Shown piece by piece: positions 24,073 to 35,280 of a DNA stretch of 64,000 nt. Location: NCBI RefSeq assembly GCF_004010195.1, contig NC_057728.1, positions 50,922,048-50,986,047 on the forward strand, written 5' to 3'. The first letter of the stretch is position 1, and each line of letters starts with the position of its first letter. Source of the DNA: Chiloscyllium plagiosum. Its lineage: Eukaryota. A program made the position numbers and the translations under genes. The notes beneath the pieces were generated by a model. The model made no database searches. It was not told where the DNA came from and was given only the letters and a program-made list of their open reading frames with translations.

Positions 24073-26623
24073 ATATAACTTCTGCCCAGTGAGAAACCCA
24101 ATATTTCATGTATCCAACACAGCAGGGTGTGCCACAGGTAGTTCTGTTGTTGCTGCTTTGTCTTAATTGCGTGGCAGTTTTAAACAACGCATCAGTTCAC
24201 TTGCACTGTCACTTTGTCAGTCCCTGTCCAATAGGAGGAAGTTAGCCTATCCCATTGGCCAGCTCTAAACTCAGTTGGTGTACGGCGCGTGGAGTCAGCC
24301 TGAGGTTCAAGAGCATGGAACTATGGGAACGGTCAAAGGGAGGGAGGGTAACTGGGTCAAAGATCCAGAGTCTCGGTCCGTGGCCAGTTCAGGTGAGTGG
24401 TAGGATTTGTCCACGGTAATGTACTTTCTGCAGGCAACTTATGTCTGGGGCTGTTGTGCAGCAGAGAGAATGGTCACAATGACTAGGACACAGTGTGGTA
24501 AGATGGGAGGTGGAAGCTGAGGGTTGGGGAGCAGAGGGTCAAGGAATACAGGGCACTGGTGGCCTTGATCAGTGGGACCTGGATGGTGAGGGGCTCCAGA
24601 GACACAATGTTAGAGTGAACGGTCACTGAGAAGCTCAGCAGAAATGGGAGGGTGGATGGGACCATGAACTGGTGAGGCAGGAACAGAACGGGCCAACTCG
24701 AAGGGTGAATTTCAATGTCTTCCAAAATAACGGCGACATTCCTGTTTAATTTCTAAAGGGTTTCACACAGAGTGAGAGGGGGTTTCATTTGGTGGGAGTG
24801 CAGGGTTTCAACTTGGATTTCCTGGTCATCTGAAGGGACTACGTATTAATCAGGAGCCCAGAGGGTGGAGGAAGCTGCAACATAACCAGCAACTCAACAC
24901 AAGGCAGTCTCACATTCTGACATGTTTCCATGAATTAGTGGAGGAAGAGCACATTGTGGCTTGATTACTATCTTCTGATGTCTCAGTTATGCAATAAGCA
25001 ATTCCGTTTGTTTGTAGCGAACAGGACCCTGCATTTGCAATGTGTGTCTCTTTTCAGCAATATACAAGTTATTTAATTTCACCTGACTGTGCATTAGTAT
25101 CCTGAGGCTTCTAATGGTCTCCACAACCTTCCAGATTGACCAGAGGGCGAGTTTGTCAGTCACCTCAGTTTTATTGAGGACGAGGTCAAGCAAGTTATTT
25201 CCTGATGTTGGTTACATCATTACCTGGCAAAGGGCCCATCTGGCATCTGGGCCTTGGGGTGGTAATTGAACCACTGATTTATTTGATCTGAGGTTTTCTC
25301 AAGTGATGCTCAACATTGGTGAGATGCAAAAGTTAGAAATGATCACAAGGTTTGCTTGGTTGAATTTCTCACGAGATATGATGGATTAAGTCTTTTTGTT
25401 GCAGTTGCTTTGTATTGATTGTTTGGAAGGTCGCTCAAGGCTGGCTGGAAAGATTCTGATTGTCCACATGGAGTGTTACTGGAGTAAGATGTAATAAGAG
25501 TAGGTATTCCATTTAATACTTCATTGCCAGTCAAGAATCATAACCATCTGAGGCTAGAACAAGGAGGCACAGTTTAAGAATGAAGGGATATGCCTTTGAG
25601 ATGGAAGTGAAGAAAATTTGTTTTCTCTCTTGAGTCTTTGCAATGGACTTCCCCAGACAGTCATTAGATATTTTTTAAAGACAGAGATAACTCAGAGGTC
25701 AGTCAATAGATGCTTGATGAGACCTCAATTAGATCAGTCATGATCTTTATTGAATGGCAGAGCATACTTGAGGGGCTGATTGGTCTGTTCATTTTTACCG
25801 TACTACCACACCCATGACCAATGGTACTATTCCCTGCGGGACCGCTCTTGTGGTCCAGTGGTAGTGTCCCTAGCCTTGGCCCAGGATGCCTGGGTTCAAA
25901 TCCTACCTGCTCCAGAGGTTAAATTAAAACTAGTCATCATTGAATGCAGTGCAAAGGAATAATTTGAAATGCAGGTCAATGTTCTTAGCCACTTAATAAT
26001 GCATAGGACAGGAAATAGCTCAGTGTAAATGAATACTTTGCATTTCCTAATTTGGATTACTTTAATTTTAAACTATCAGTTAATGGTCATTTTATGAAAC
26101 GTCTAATCACAATGTCATGGAGGTTTATCCTTCCAATTCTGGACATATGCTGCTCCTGAGGGCTGATTTTTACCCAGTCTCATGTTCCTTTCATTCTGAA
26201 CACTTCAGTCAGCAACCATTCATTTTATTTGTCAATGTTCAAATCGCATCGATCACCACTTCATGGCAAATCACTGATTTGCTATAAATTTCCCTCTAAT
26301 CTCTCCCTTAATGTGGTTTTCCTGACCTCCCTTTCGCCTGTTAACTCTCTGTCCTTAATTTTTTCCTTCAATGTTCTTGAACTCAATGAAAGAAACCCAA
26401 GCTGTACAGGATTTCTAATCCCTCACTGCTGATACCTTCCTGACTGGGTTGCACTCCATCTGACCTTACAGCAAGATGCCACAGTGTTCCCAAGGTTTCC
26501 TACTCCTTTTGTCTTTGACATTTCCATTTGAGAGTTCTGGGAATATAACCGATTCATTCTTAGCAGCTAAGCTTGCATGAACCGCAGCAAATGGGTATTT
26601 GATGTTGAACGTGTTGTTTGCAG

Positions 26624-26710
26624 GGTGGATGCATTACCATATTAGAACAGACCCTGGCAGAAAACACCCTGATCATTGGAGCAGTTGGCATTGGTGTAGC
26701 TTGTCTTCAG
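26624..26710 (+). CDS. TSPAN11: Tetraspanin (TSPAN11-like) exon, end of LEL and start of TM4
   Basis: tttgcag acceptor and GTGAGT donor at 26711. 87 nt, GGCITILEQTLAENTLIIGAVGIGVACLQ, in frame with the previous exon. Confidence 0.92.
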
Positions 26711-26870
26711 GTGAGTCCCCTCGTCATTCTTGGGATGTCACTGGCAGTAGTTCTTTCACTGAGTGCATTGAGGTGAGGATGGTGGTACTGAGAGGAAGGA
26801 CTGGGGTTCCAATCCACCATGTTTGTGTATTATCTCCAGCACCTGTTCTGGTCAAACTCTCCTGCAGTAG

Positions 26871-27870
26871 GTGTGTGCCCACACTGCAGACCCAGCCTGA
26901 TACCCCTGTGATTGGGGTGTGCCCACACTGCAGACCCAGCCTGATACCCCTGTGATTGGGGTGTGCCAACACTGCAGACCCAGCCTGATACGCCTGTGAT
27001 TGGGGTGTGCCAACACTGCAGACCCAGCCTAATACCCCTGTAATTGGGGTGTGCCCACACTGCAGACCCAGACTGATATCCCTGTGATGGGGGTGAGCCC
27101 ACACTGCAGACCCAGCCTGATATCCTTGTGATTGGGGTGTGCCCACACTGCAGACCCAGCCTGATACCCCTGTGATGGGGGTGAGCCCACACTACAGGAC
27201 CAGCCTGATACCCCTGTGATTGGGGTATGTCCACACTGCAGACCCAGCCTGATACCCCTGTGATGGGGTGAGCCCACACTGCAGACGCAGCCTGATCCCC
27301 CTGTGATTGGGTGTGGCCACACTGCAGACCCAGCCTAATACCCCTATGATTGGGGTGTGCCAACACTGTAGACCCAGACTGATACCCCTGTGATGGGGGT
27401 GTGCCCACACTGCAGACCCAGCCTGATCCCCCTGTGATTGGGTGTGGCCACACTGCAGACCCAGCCTGATGCCCCTGTGATTGGGGTGAGCCCACACTGC
27501 AGACCCAGCCTGATACCCCTGTGATGGGGGTGTGCCCACACTGCAGACCCAGCCTGATACCCCTGTGATTGTGCCCACACTGTATATCCAGACTGATACC
27601 CCTGTGATGGGGGCATGCCCACACTGTAGACCCAGACTGATATCCCTGTGATGGGGGTGTGCCCACACTGCAGACCCAGCCTGATACCCTTGTGATTGGG
27701 GTGTGCCCACACTGTAGACCCAGCCTGATACCCCTGTGATGAGGGTGTGCCAACACTGCAGACCCAGCCTGATATCCTTGTGATGGGGGTGTGCCCACAC
27801 TGCAGACCCAGCCTGATACCCCTGTGATGGGGGTGTGCCCACACTGCAGAGCCAGCCTGATACCCCTGTG
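26871..27870. repeat. 44-bp minisatellite (~22 copies)
   Basis: Unit GGGGTGTGCCCACACTGCAGACCCAGCCTGATACCCCTGTGATT with period 44. Confidence 0.95.
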
Positions 27871-28201
27871 TTGGCCTCCTTTGGTGCCAGAATAAATTCA
27901 ATGTCTGAGCCTCCACTGCAGTTCATGGGCTGCATTGAAGTGGGTAACCCAACAAAGTATCAATCTCCAGTCAGTTAAGCTCCTTCATCAGCTGGGTGAT
28001 AGCAATGATAAGTGACCCAGTAAATAAATTTCAGATTGTAATGCACTTGAGCTGGTGTGGTTCAGGCAGGTTTCGGTTTTGGATGTTTACCTGACCTGTT
28101 ATTTAATATGCTGGGCACTGGTTGCATTTTTCAGCTGCACGCTGTAACTATGGAGATTGTTAAGTGGTTAAGTTCTAAAGCTGTGTTTCTTTGTCTTGCA
28201 G

Positions 28202-28282
28202 CTGATCGGGGCGGTCATTACAGCTTGTTTCATCTGTGCACTCATCAGAGAACAGGAAGAGGAGGAGTACTCTCAGACCTGA
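28202..28282 (+). CDS. TSPAN11: Candidate alternative terminal exon A (TM4 second half plus acidic tail)
   Basis: Strong acceptor (tgtgtttctttgtcttgcag). Phase-0 reading LIGAVITACFICALIREQEEEEYSQT*, a hydrophobic TM continuation with juxtamembrane Cys. Confidence 0.7.
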   Translation: MIGAVITACFICALIREQEEEEYSQT

Positions 28283-28964
28283 TTGGCCAGTCACTAGCCT
28301 GTGGTTGTTTGCTTGCTTTGAACCAAAGTTGCTCTCAATCCCCTTCTCACAGCTACTCTGACCCCGAACCTCCTGTCCCCACATCGTTGCTGTTGAGTTG
28401 CAATTGTTTGATTTCCACGGCCAACTTTCTTTGAACATGTCACCATTAGAACGAAGTGAATCTCTTCCGTGATATAGAGATAAACATATGTTTAATGACA
28501 CCCATCCTGGTATTTCTCTCCTTTTGATCTCACTCAGAGCAAGCAGGCTATGGTGGGACTGTATAAAATGCTGGTTAGGCCACAGTTGTAGTAGAGTCCT
28601 ATAGCAGGGAAACAGACCCTTTGGACCAACCAGTCCATGTTGACCATGTTCCCAAACTAAACTAGTCCCACCTGCCTGCCCTTCTCCCATATCCCTCCCA
28701 AACCTTCCTATTCATGAATGTACCCAAATGTCTTTTAAACATTGTAACTGTTCCCATGTCCACACTTCCTCGGGCAGTTCATTCCACACTCGAACCATTC
28801 TGTTTAAAAGCTATGGTCACTACATTACAGGAGGGATGCGTTGGCGCAATAGAGGGTGAACAGGAGATTTACCTGGGTACTGCCCGGGATTGGAGAGTCT
28901 GACGGGGGGTAAATGAGTGTGCGAGGCCGGGGTAGACCAAGTGATGTCTACATTAACAATGTGA

Positions 28965-29615
28965 AGGTGGGGAGGGAACAGTACAAGCAGGATGGGGAGG
29001 GAGGGGGAGAATGAGGAGCTCAGTGAGGGCAGCTGGAAGATGGGGAGTGGGAAGATGAGAAGGAAACCAGGATGGGAAGATGAAAGGAAGTCTAATAGGA
29101 ATGAGTGGGCATGAGGTCAGGGAAAGATGTGAGGAGAGGGAAGATGAACAGAGAGGGAGATGAGGAGATGGTGAGCCTTGGGGAGAGGGAAGATGCAGGA
29201 AGAGATGAGAGGATGGGTAATCTGAAGGGGGGAGGGGAGGGGACATGACAGATGGAGGTTATGTGGGGGAGAGAAGATGTGGAGGAGAGAGATGAAGCAA
29301 AAGGGAGATGTGGAGTTAGGGAGAGATGGAGGGAGAGTTGAGGAGTTGGAGTTATAGGTGGGAGGTGAGGGAAGCAGAAATAATGGTGGAGCTGGAGGGA
29401 GAGATGAGGGAATGGGGTGATAAGACGGGTAGCGGATGAGAGGAAGAGACATGAGGGATGAAGGGATGTGGGAAGACGGGAGAAAAAGATGAGGGGAGAC
29501 AGAAATGAGGAAAGCAGGGAGCTGAGGAGAATGGGTGATGGGGGCTGGAGTTAGTGTTGGGGTGGCAATGAGATCAGGGGAGAGACTGAGGGAAAAGGAG
29601 AAGGTGGAGAAGTGC
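28965..29615 (+). repeat. Purine-rich low-complexity tract
   Basis: Almost entirely G/A on the + strand, with no fixed period. Confidence 0.8.
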
Positions 29616-30669
29616 CTTTTCCCAATAAGGAAATTTCTGATCAGACTGTTAATAATCTCTGTGAAAAAGCTGGAGTATTTTAAACAAAATGCACTCCTAC
29701 CCACCCCCGCCAAACTTTTATTTCAGTCAACCCATGTCTAAAACCGGAGAGAAAATAGAAAAGCCTGTTTGATTTGAGAATGAAGTTCTTTTTTGACTTT
29801 GACAGGATCACCACAGAACGGTGCAAACTGAGATTGTGGTGATATCAGTGGAGTTCCCTTTGCACACTCTGGCTCTATGTTCCAGTGTGTAGGAACGCAG
29901 CACCGGTTTCACATGCTGTTCTTACAGATGAACGCAAGCATGGGTCAGTATCACCTCCAAGTCCAAGTTATCTTTTGGACAGTCACTGAACAAAATCATC
30001 TCAAGGTTTGGAGATTAAAAGTGAAATGAGTGAATTATTTCAATCCGTTTTGGCTCAGCCCCAGGACGTATTGATCTCAGATACTGGAGGAAAGCTGGGA
30101 GGTGGACAGCATGACCTTTGATCCATGACCCATGGCCACCATTGGCCCTACCACTGATTAATATTGGTTATATGTCAATGCACGACCTGCTACATTAACC
30201 ATATGCAATACTGTATTTGTGTGGGACTTGTGGATGATGCATGTTGTTCAGTGATGGTCCAAAAATACAGCCAAACATCAGGGAAGCCCCCCCAGTGCCG
30301 AACAAATGTTCCCTGTTTTCTGTCTTAACCGAACAGTTCTGTCAATGCTCTCAGTGTAATTGTAATTTTCCACCACATGCTTCACATCTTGGATGGCTTT
30401 CTGAAGAGGATTCTCATCATACGAGTGAGTTTACTTTAACCCTCTCCACATTAACTATTGCTGGTACTCCAACTTCTCTACAGTACCCAATCCAGACTGC
30501 TCACCCTCAGGAGAGTGACCAATCATGGCTGTTGTAGCATGGGGTGATAATGAAGCACTAGGAACCAGTGGAAAGCTTTCTCAAGAAGCCAACATAGGCA
30601 AGGTGGACTGAATGGTCACTTTCTGTGCTGTATAATAGATTATTCCTGCCTAAAACACTGTCTCAGTGT

Positions 30670-31390
30670 GGTGTACTGAGGGAGTGCTGCACTGTCAGAG
30701 GGTCAGTAATGAGGGAGTGCAGCATTGTCAGAGGGTCAGTGCTGAGGGAGTGTCGCACTGTCCGAGGGTCAGTACTGAGGTAATGCTGCACTGTCTGAGG
30801 GTCAGTACTGAGGGAGTGATGCATCATCAGAGGGTCAGTACTGAAGGAGAGCCGCACTGTCAGAAGGTCAGTACTGAGAGAGTGCCGCACTATCAAAGGG
30901 TCATTGCTGAGGGAGTGCTGCAGCGTCAGAGGTTCAGTACTGAGGGAATAGTGTACTGTTAAAAGGTCAGTACTGAGGGAGTGCTGCATTTTCAGAGGGT
31001 TAGTGCTGAGAAGGTGCTGCATTGTCAGAGGGACAGTACTGAGGGAGTGCTGCACTGTCAGAGGGTCAGTACTGAGGGAGTGCTACATTGTCAGAGGATC
31101 AGTACTGAGGGAGTAGTACACTGGTGGAGGTCAGTGCTGAAGGAGTGCCGCGCTGTTAGAGGGTCAGTGCTGAAGTAGTGCTGCACTGTCAGAGGGTCTT
31201 TGCTGAGGGAGTGCTGCACTGTCAGAGGATCAGTGCTGAGGGAGTGCTGCACTGTCGGAGGATCAGTGCTGAGGGAGTGCTGCACTGTCGGAGGATCAGT
31301 GCTGAGGGAGTGCTGCACTGTCAGAGGGTTAGTGCTGAGGGAGTGCTGCACTGAGGGAGGGTTGGTATTGAGGCAGTATTGCATTGTCAT
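30670..31390. repeat. 33-bp minisatellite (~21 copies) related to a DeuSINE/SacSINE1 segment
   Basis: Unit CAGTACTGAGGGAGTGCTGCACTGTCAGAGGGT, matching 62097-62127. Confidence 0.93.
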
Positions 31391-31407
31391 TCAGCACAAA
31401 TAACTTA

Positions 31408-31732
31408 GGGAAGGTGATAGCCTAGTGGTATTATTGCTGCACTGTTAATCTAGAGAGCCAGGAGATGTTCTGGGGGACTAGGTTTGAATCCTGCCATGGC
31501 AGATTGTGGAATTCAAATTCCACAAAACATCAGGATTTAAGAGGCTAATGATGACCATGAATCCATTGCCAATTGTCGGGAAAAACCCATCTGGTTCACT
31601 CATGCCTACATGTGACTCCAGACCCACAGCAATGTGTTTGATTATTAAGTGCCCTCTGGGCTATTGGGGATGGTCAATAAATGCTGGCCTAGCTAGTGGT
31701 GGCCACACCCCTTGAAAGAATGAGTAAAAACA
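31408..31732 (+). mobile_element. tRNA-derived SINE with Zenon-like LINE tail
   Basis: A box TAGCCTAGTGG at 31418 and B box GGTTTGAATCC at 31481; 3' end gggatggtcaataaatgctggcc. Related copies at ~6100-6545 (minus) and ~63020-63300 (minus). Confidence 0.7.
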
Positions 31733-31994
31733 ACAAAAATAAGTGAAATGTGTGTGAGGTTGCTTTATGCAACTTTAATGATTTTTAGATTACATCATTG
31801 AGCAGGCTGGAATATGTAATTGGCTCTCAATGTTTCAGGATGTCCAAGTACTCAAAGGTGAAACATGTATTTTTGTCCTAGTTTCGAGACTGAGAATTTA
31901 ATTCCTTTCAGTCACGTTGTTGACCCAGCAGATCCCCTGTTTTGATCCAGAATTTCATTGAGTTACCATTACAGAACTAGGCTAATCTTTGATC

Positions 31995-32125
31995 TGAAGT
32001 CACATGACATCACCAGACAAAGGGGCAGTACTCCTGAAATGCTGTGATTTCAAATAAACCTGTTGGACTATAACCTGGTGTCTTCTGGCTTCTGACATTG
32101 TCCACCCAGTCCAACACTAGCACCA
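31995..32125 (+). mobile_element. Family B element remnant
   Basis: aaataaacctgttggactataacctggtgtc...ccacccagtccaacac. Confidence 0.65.
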
Positions 32126-32758
32126 TCAATCTTTGATCTTTTCATGGGCATTGATGGAGTTTGTTGGCTTTCCATTATTGCCATTGAATGGAGGGTAATT
32201 AAGGCCATGTTTGTGTGGGCCAGGAGCTGCAGGTAGCCTCGACTATATTTACTTCTCTATAGGCCATGAATGAACACAATGGGTTTTTAACAACAATCAG
32301 TGATAGCTTTGTGGTCACCATCGCTTACATGAGCTTTCAATTCTAGATTTATTCATTGAATTCAAATTCCACCAGCTGCTGTATGAGCCAACCTTCCCAG
32401 AGTGGCATTTGATTTACAGTTCAGTGATAATCACTGCTATACCATAAACACCCTCTATTCTGGCGCAGCTGCTGTTTATACCGCACCATCACTGCAGCCC
32501 CCCACGCTACTCTAATCTCACTCCATTCATCTATCCCCTTATTCTTTTCCACTCTGTGTGGTTCTGCGGTATCCCTTTATCTGTAACTATGTTACTCACC
32601 TCAAACACTTGCTGCAGTAGTGAATTCCTCATTCTGGGTTCTGGCTACCCCACCCCCTATTGACCAGCATAGTATTTAGCTTTCTATAGTAAAGGATTTC
32701 TACCGTGTCAGTCACATATTGCATATGTAAATTTAGTTCTTCTGCTCTTATTTTACAG

Positions 32759-32819
32759 ATTTGGGGAGTTACGTTTCATTTGCGGTTTTTACAGAAGAAC
32801 AAAAATGGACCAGCGCTGA
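32759..32819 (+). CDS. TSPAN11: Canonical-type terminal exon B with an apparent +1 frameshift
   Basis: Acceptor ttcttctgctcttattttacag. 61 nt to TGA; removing one base (e.g. in TTT 32774-32776) gives IWGVTFICGFYRRTKMDQR*, 19 aa like the CD151/TSPAN11 last exon. As written it reads through to a stop at 32938. Confidence 0.65.
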
Positions 32820-33727
32820 CCATCTATCCCCTTCACTTTGACTGTATACTCATTGCTGAGAAGTTCCTTCAGACCAAGTTAAAATTTATTGAAGCGTTAT
32901 ATCGATGTGTGGGAATGCTGAGACAATATAATTTATAAATCATTTATAAACCAACCTGCTTTGCTGACCTTGTGTGCTGCTGTACCCCTGGCTAAACCTT
33001 CGCTTTAATGAAGATGTTGCCAGATGGCTTTGGTTAAAATTTAACCTGAGATCCAGTCTTGCTAAGGATCTGTTGTACTGACTGCATCAGATAGAACCTG
33101 TATGCTCACTTATTGATTTCAATACAAATGTGAAAGAGAATGTGTGTAAAGAGTTAATTTCACATATTGAAATTGTTGTTAATCTCATCTCTGGACTGAT
33201 TTCCTTTTTAACTCACTCATGGGATATGGGTTTCACTGGCTGGGCCCACATTTATTGCCCATCCCTAATTTCTGTTGAGAAAGTAGTGGTGAGCTGCCTT
33301 CTTGAACCGCTGCAGTCTATGGTAGCCCCATAATGCCCGCAGGGAGGGAATTCCAGGATTTTGACATAATGAATAAACAGTGATACATTTCCAGTTCAGA
33401 ATGGTTAGTGATTTGGAGGTGAACTTGCAGGTGGTGGTGTTCCCATATAGATGCTGTCCTTGTCCTTCTAGATGGAAGTGGTTGTGGGTTTGGAAGGTGC
33501 TGTCTAAGGAGTGATGGTGAACTTCTGTAGTACACCTTGCTGACTGTAAACTCTGCTGCTACTGAACGTCGGAGGTGGAGGGAGTGGATGCTTGTGGATG
33601 GAGTGTCAATTAAATGGGTTGCTTTGTCTTGGATGGTGTCGAGCTTCTTGAGTGTTGTTGGAGCTGCACCCATCCAGACAAATGGGGAGTATTCCATCAC
33701 ACTCCTGACTTGTGCCTTGTAATGGTG

Positions 33728-33921
33728 AAAATGTGTTGCTGGAAAAGCGCAGCAGGTCAGGCAGCATCCAAGGAACAGGAGAATCGACGTTTCGGGCATA
33801 AGCCCTTCTTCAGGAAGCGAAACGTCGATTCTCCTGCTCCTTGGATGCTGCCTGACCTGCTGCGCTTTTCCAGCAACACATTTTCAGCTCTGATCTCCAG
33901 CATCTGCAGTCCTCACTTTCT
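33728..33921. mobile_element. Young fold-back family A hammerhead element
   Basis: 13-bp TSD CCTTGTAATGGTG at 33715-33727 and 33922-33934; 69-bp arms (33726-33794 and 33818-33886) with 1 mismatch. Confidence 0.92.
33786..33813 (-). ncRNA. Minimal hammerhead ribozyme motif, catalytic core intact
   Basis: CTGAAGA-A-GGGC-TTAT-GCCC-GAAA-CGTC; palindromic ACGT stem III and GUC cleavage triplet. Stem I is only about 2 bp. Confidence 0.75.
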
Positions 33922-35280
33922 CCTTGTAATGGTGGACAGGTTTTGGGGAGTCTAGAGGTAAGTTACTTGTTTGATTGATCAGATCTATTGTCATGTATAT
34001 TTATTACAAATACAGTGAAAAGCGTTGTTTCATGTCGCCACTCTCCAGCGCCATCTTGAAACACAGAAAATAAACCAAAAACATGGAATATAAAGCCAGA
34101 AAAATAAGACAATAAAGTTTATCTTGTAGTCTTACCTCAGTAAGGTGAAGTGGTCTTTGGAACAGCTCCTGCTTCTCTTACCCCTGGATGCGGCCTCCTC
34201 CACCCTGATGCCTCCAGTCCCTGCTGCTAAAACCAATCACAGTAGCGCAGAAACCACGTTTCACTCCAACTGCAGCTGGAACAAAGAGTCGCCACTCTCC
34301 AGCTCCGTCTCACCTCCGCTATGATAAGTTCACACTGGGCCAACTTCTTTAATGCAGCCGATGCCGTAGAGTCCTGCATTGGAACCAAACTCATTCTCAT
34401 TGCCACTCCCACCACCAGGTGCCCAAGTCTAGCGTCCAACCTGAAGCCTCAGCTCAGCCTGCGGGTCTAGACCAGAGGATTAAGCCCGGGACCTGTTCCT
34501 CGCGTCTCCCAGTTGCTGTATTCCTAGCGTCTGACCTTCTCTTGTATCCAATGTGTTTATGTGGCAAGTCCAGTTGAGTTTCTGGTCAATGGTAACTCCA
34601 AGGATGTTCATACTAGGGGATTCAGATTAGTTCAAGTCCTGTTCACTGCTTTGAGCAATTGATGATTAATTCTTCAGTACTAACTGCGTCAGCCATTATG
34701 TGAACTCACTCACTCACAGGATTGTCTCGCTGATGTTTTTGATTTGATGTCAGTTATTCAGAACTTAAGAAATTGTCGCTAGTCTAGTCCATTTGGTCCT
34801 TTGAACCTGCTGCAGCATACAAAGAGGTAATTGCTCATCTGCGACCTCAACTCAACCTTTCCAAGCTGTTCCCTTGATTTCCTTAGAGTCCAAAGATCTG
34901 ACAACTTCTGTCTTGTACCTTAAACTAGAGGGAGTGCAATGAAGCTTCACCAGGCTGATTTCCGACCTGTGACTAGAGGAAGCATACATTTGCTAGAGTT
35001 TAGAAGAATGAGAGGTGATCTCATTTAAGTGTTCAGGGTCTTCTCAGGAATGGATGGTGAGGAAATGTTTTCCTTGCTCAGGAAGTCTATAATACCAGGT
35101 CACAGTCTCAGAATATGGGGCAGGCCATTTAGGATTGAGATGAGAAGGAATTTCTTTGGAGCTTCCACAGGTCTCTGGGGTGCAGAATTCCATCAAATCA
35201 GCCCCTTCTGAGTGAATAAATTCCTCCTCATCACATTGTACTCCCAAGTGAGACCTTCCGAAATGTTCTGTATAATTGCC

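Larger units (their letters stand above)
33211..34625 (-). mobile_element. CR1-group (Zenon-like) LINE fragment with two nested insertions (33728-33921 and ~33971-34511)
   Basis: YKAQVRSVMEYSPFVWMGAAPTTLKKLDTIQDKA...WNSLP. The LINE sequence resumes at ~34512. Confidence 0.75.

Noticed and set aside
7021..26623. Selection against sense-strand active ribozymes in the TSPAN11 intron
   Set aside because: Sense copies are decayed, but mostly by CpG transitions that also hit antisense copies. There are too few copies to infer a bias.
26724..27935. Overlapping minus-strand ORFs up to 322 aa
   Set aside because: Artefact of the 44-bp tandem repeat.
26871..31390. CRISPR-like appearance of regular repeats
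   Set aside because: Units are contiguous with no unique spacers, there are no cas genes, and the DNA is vertebrate.
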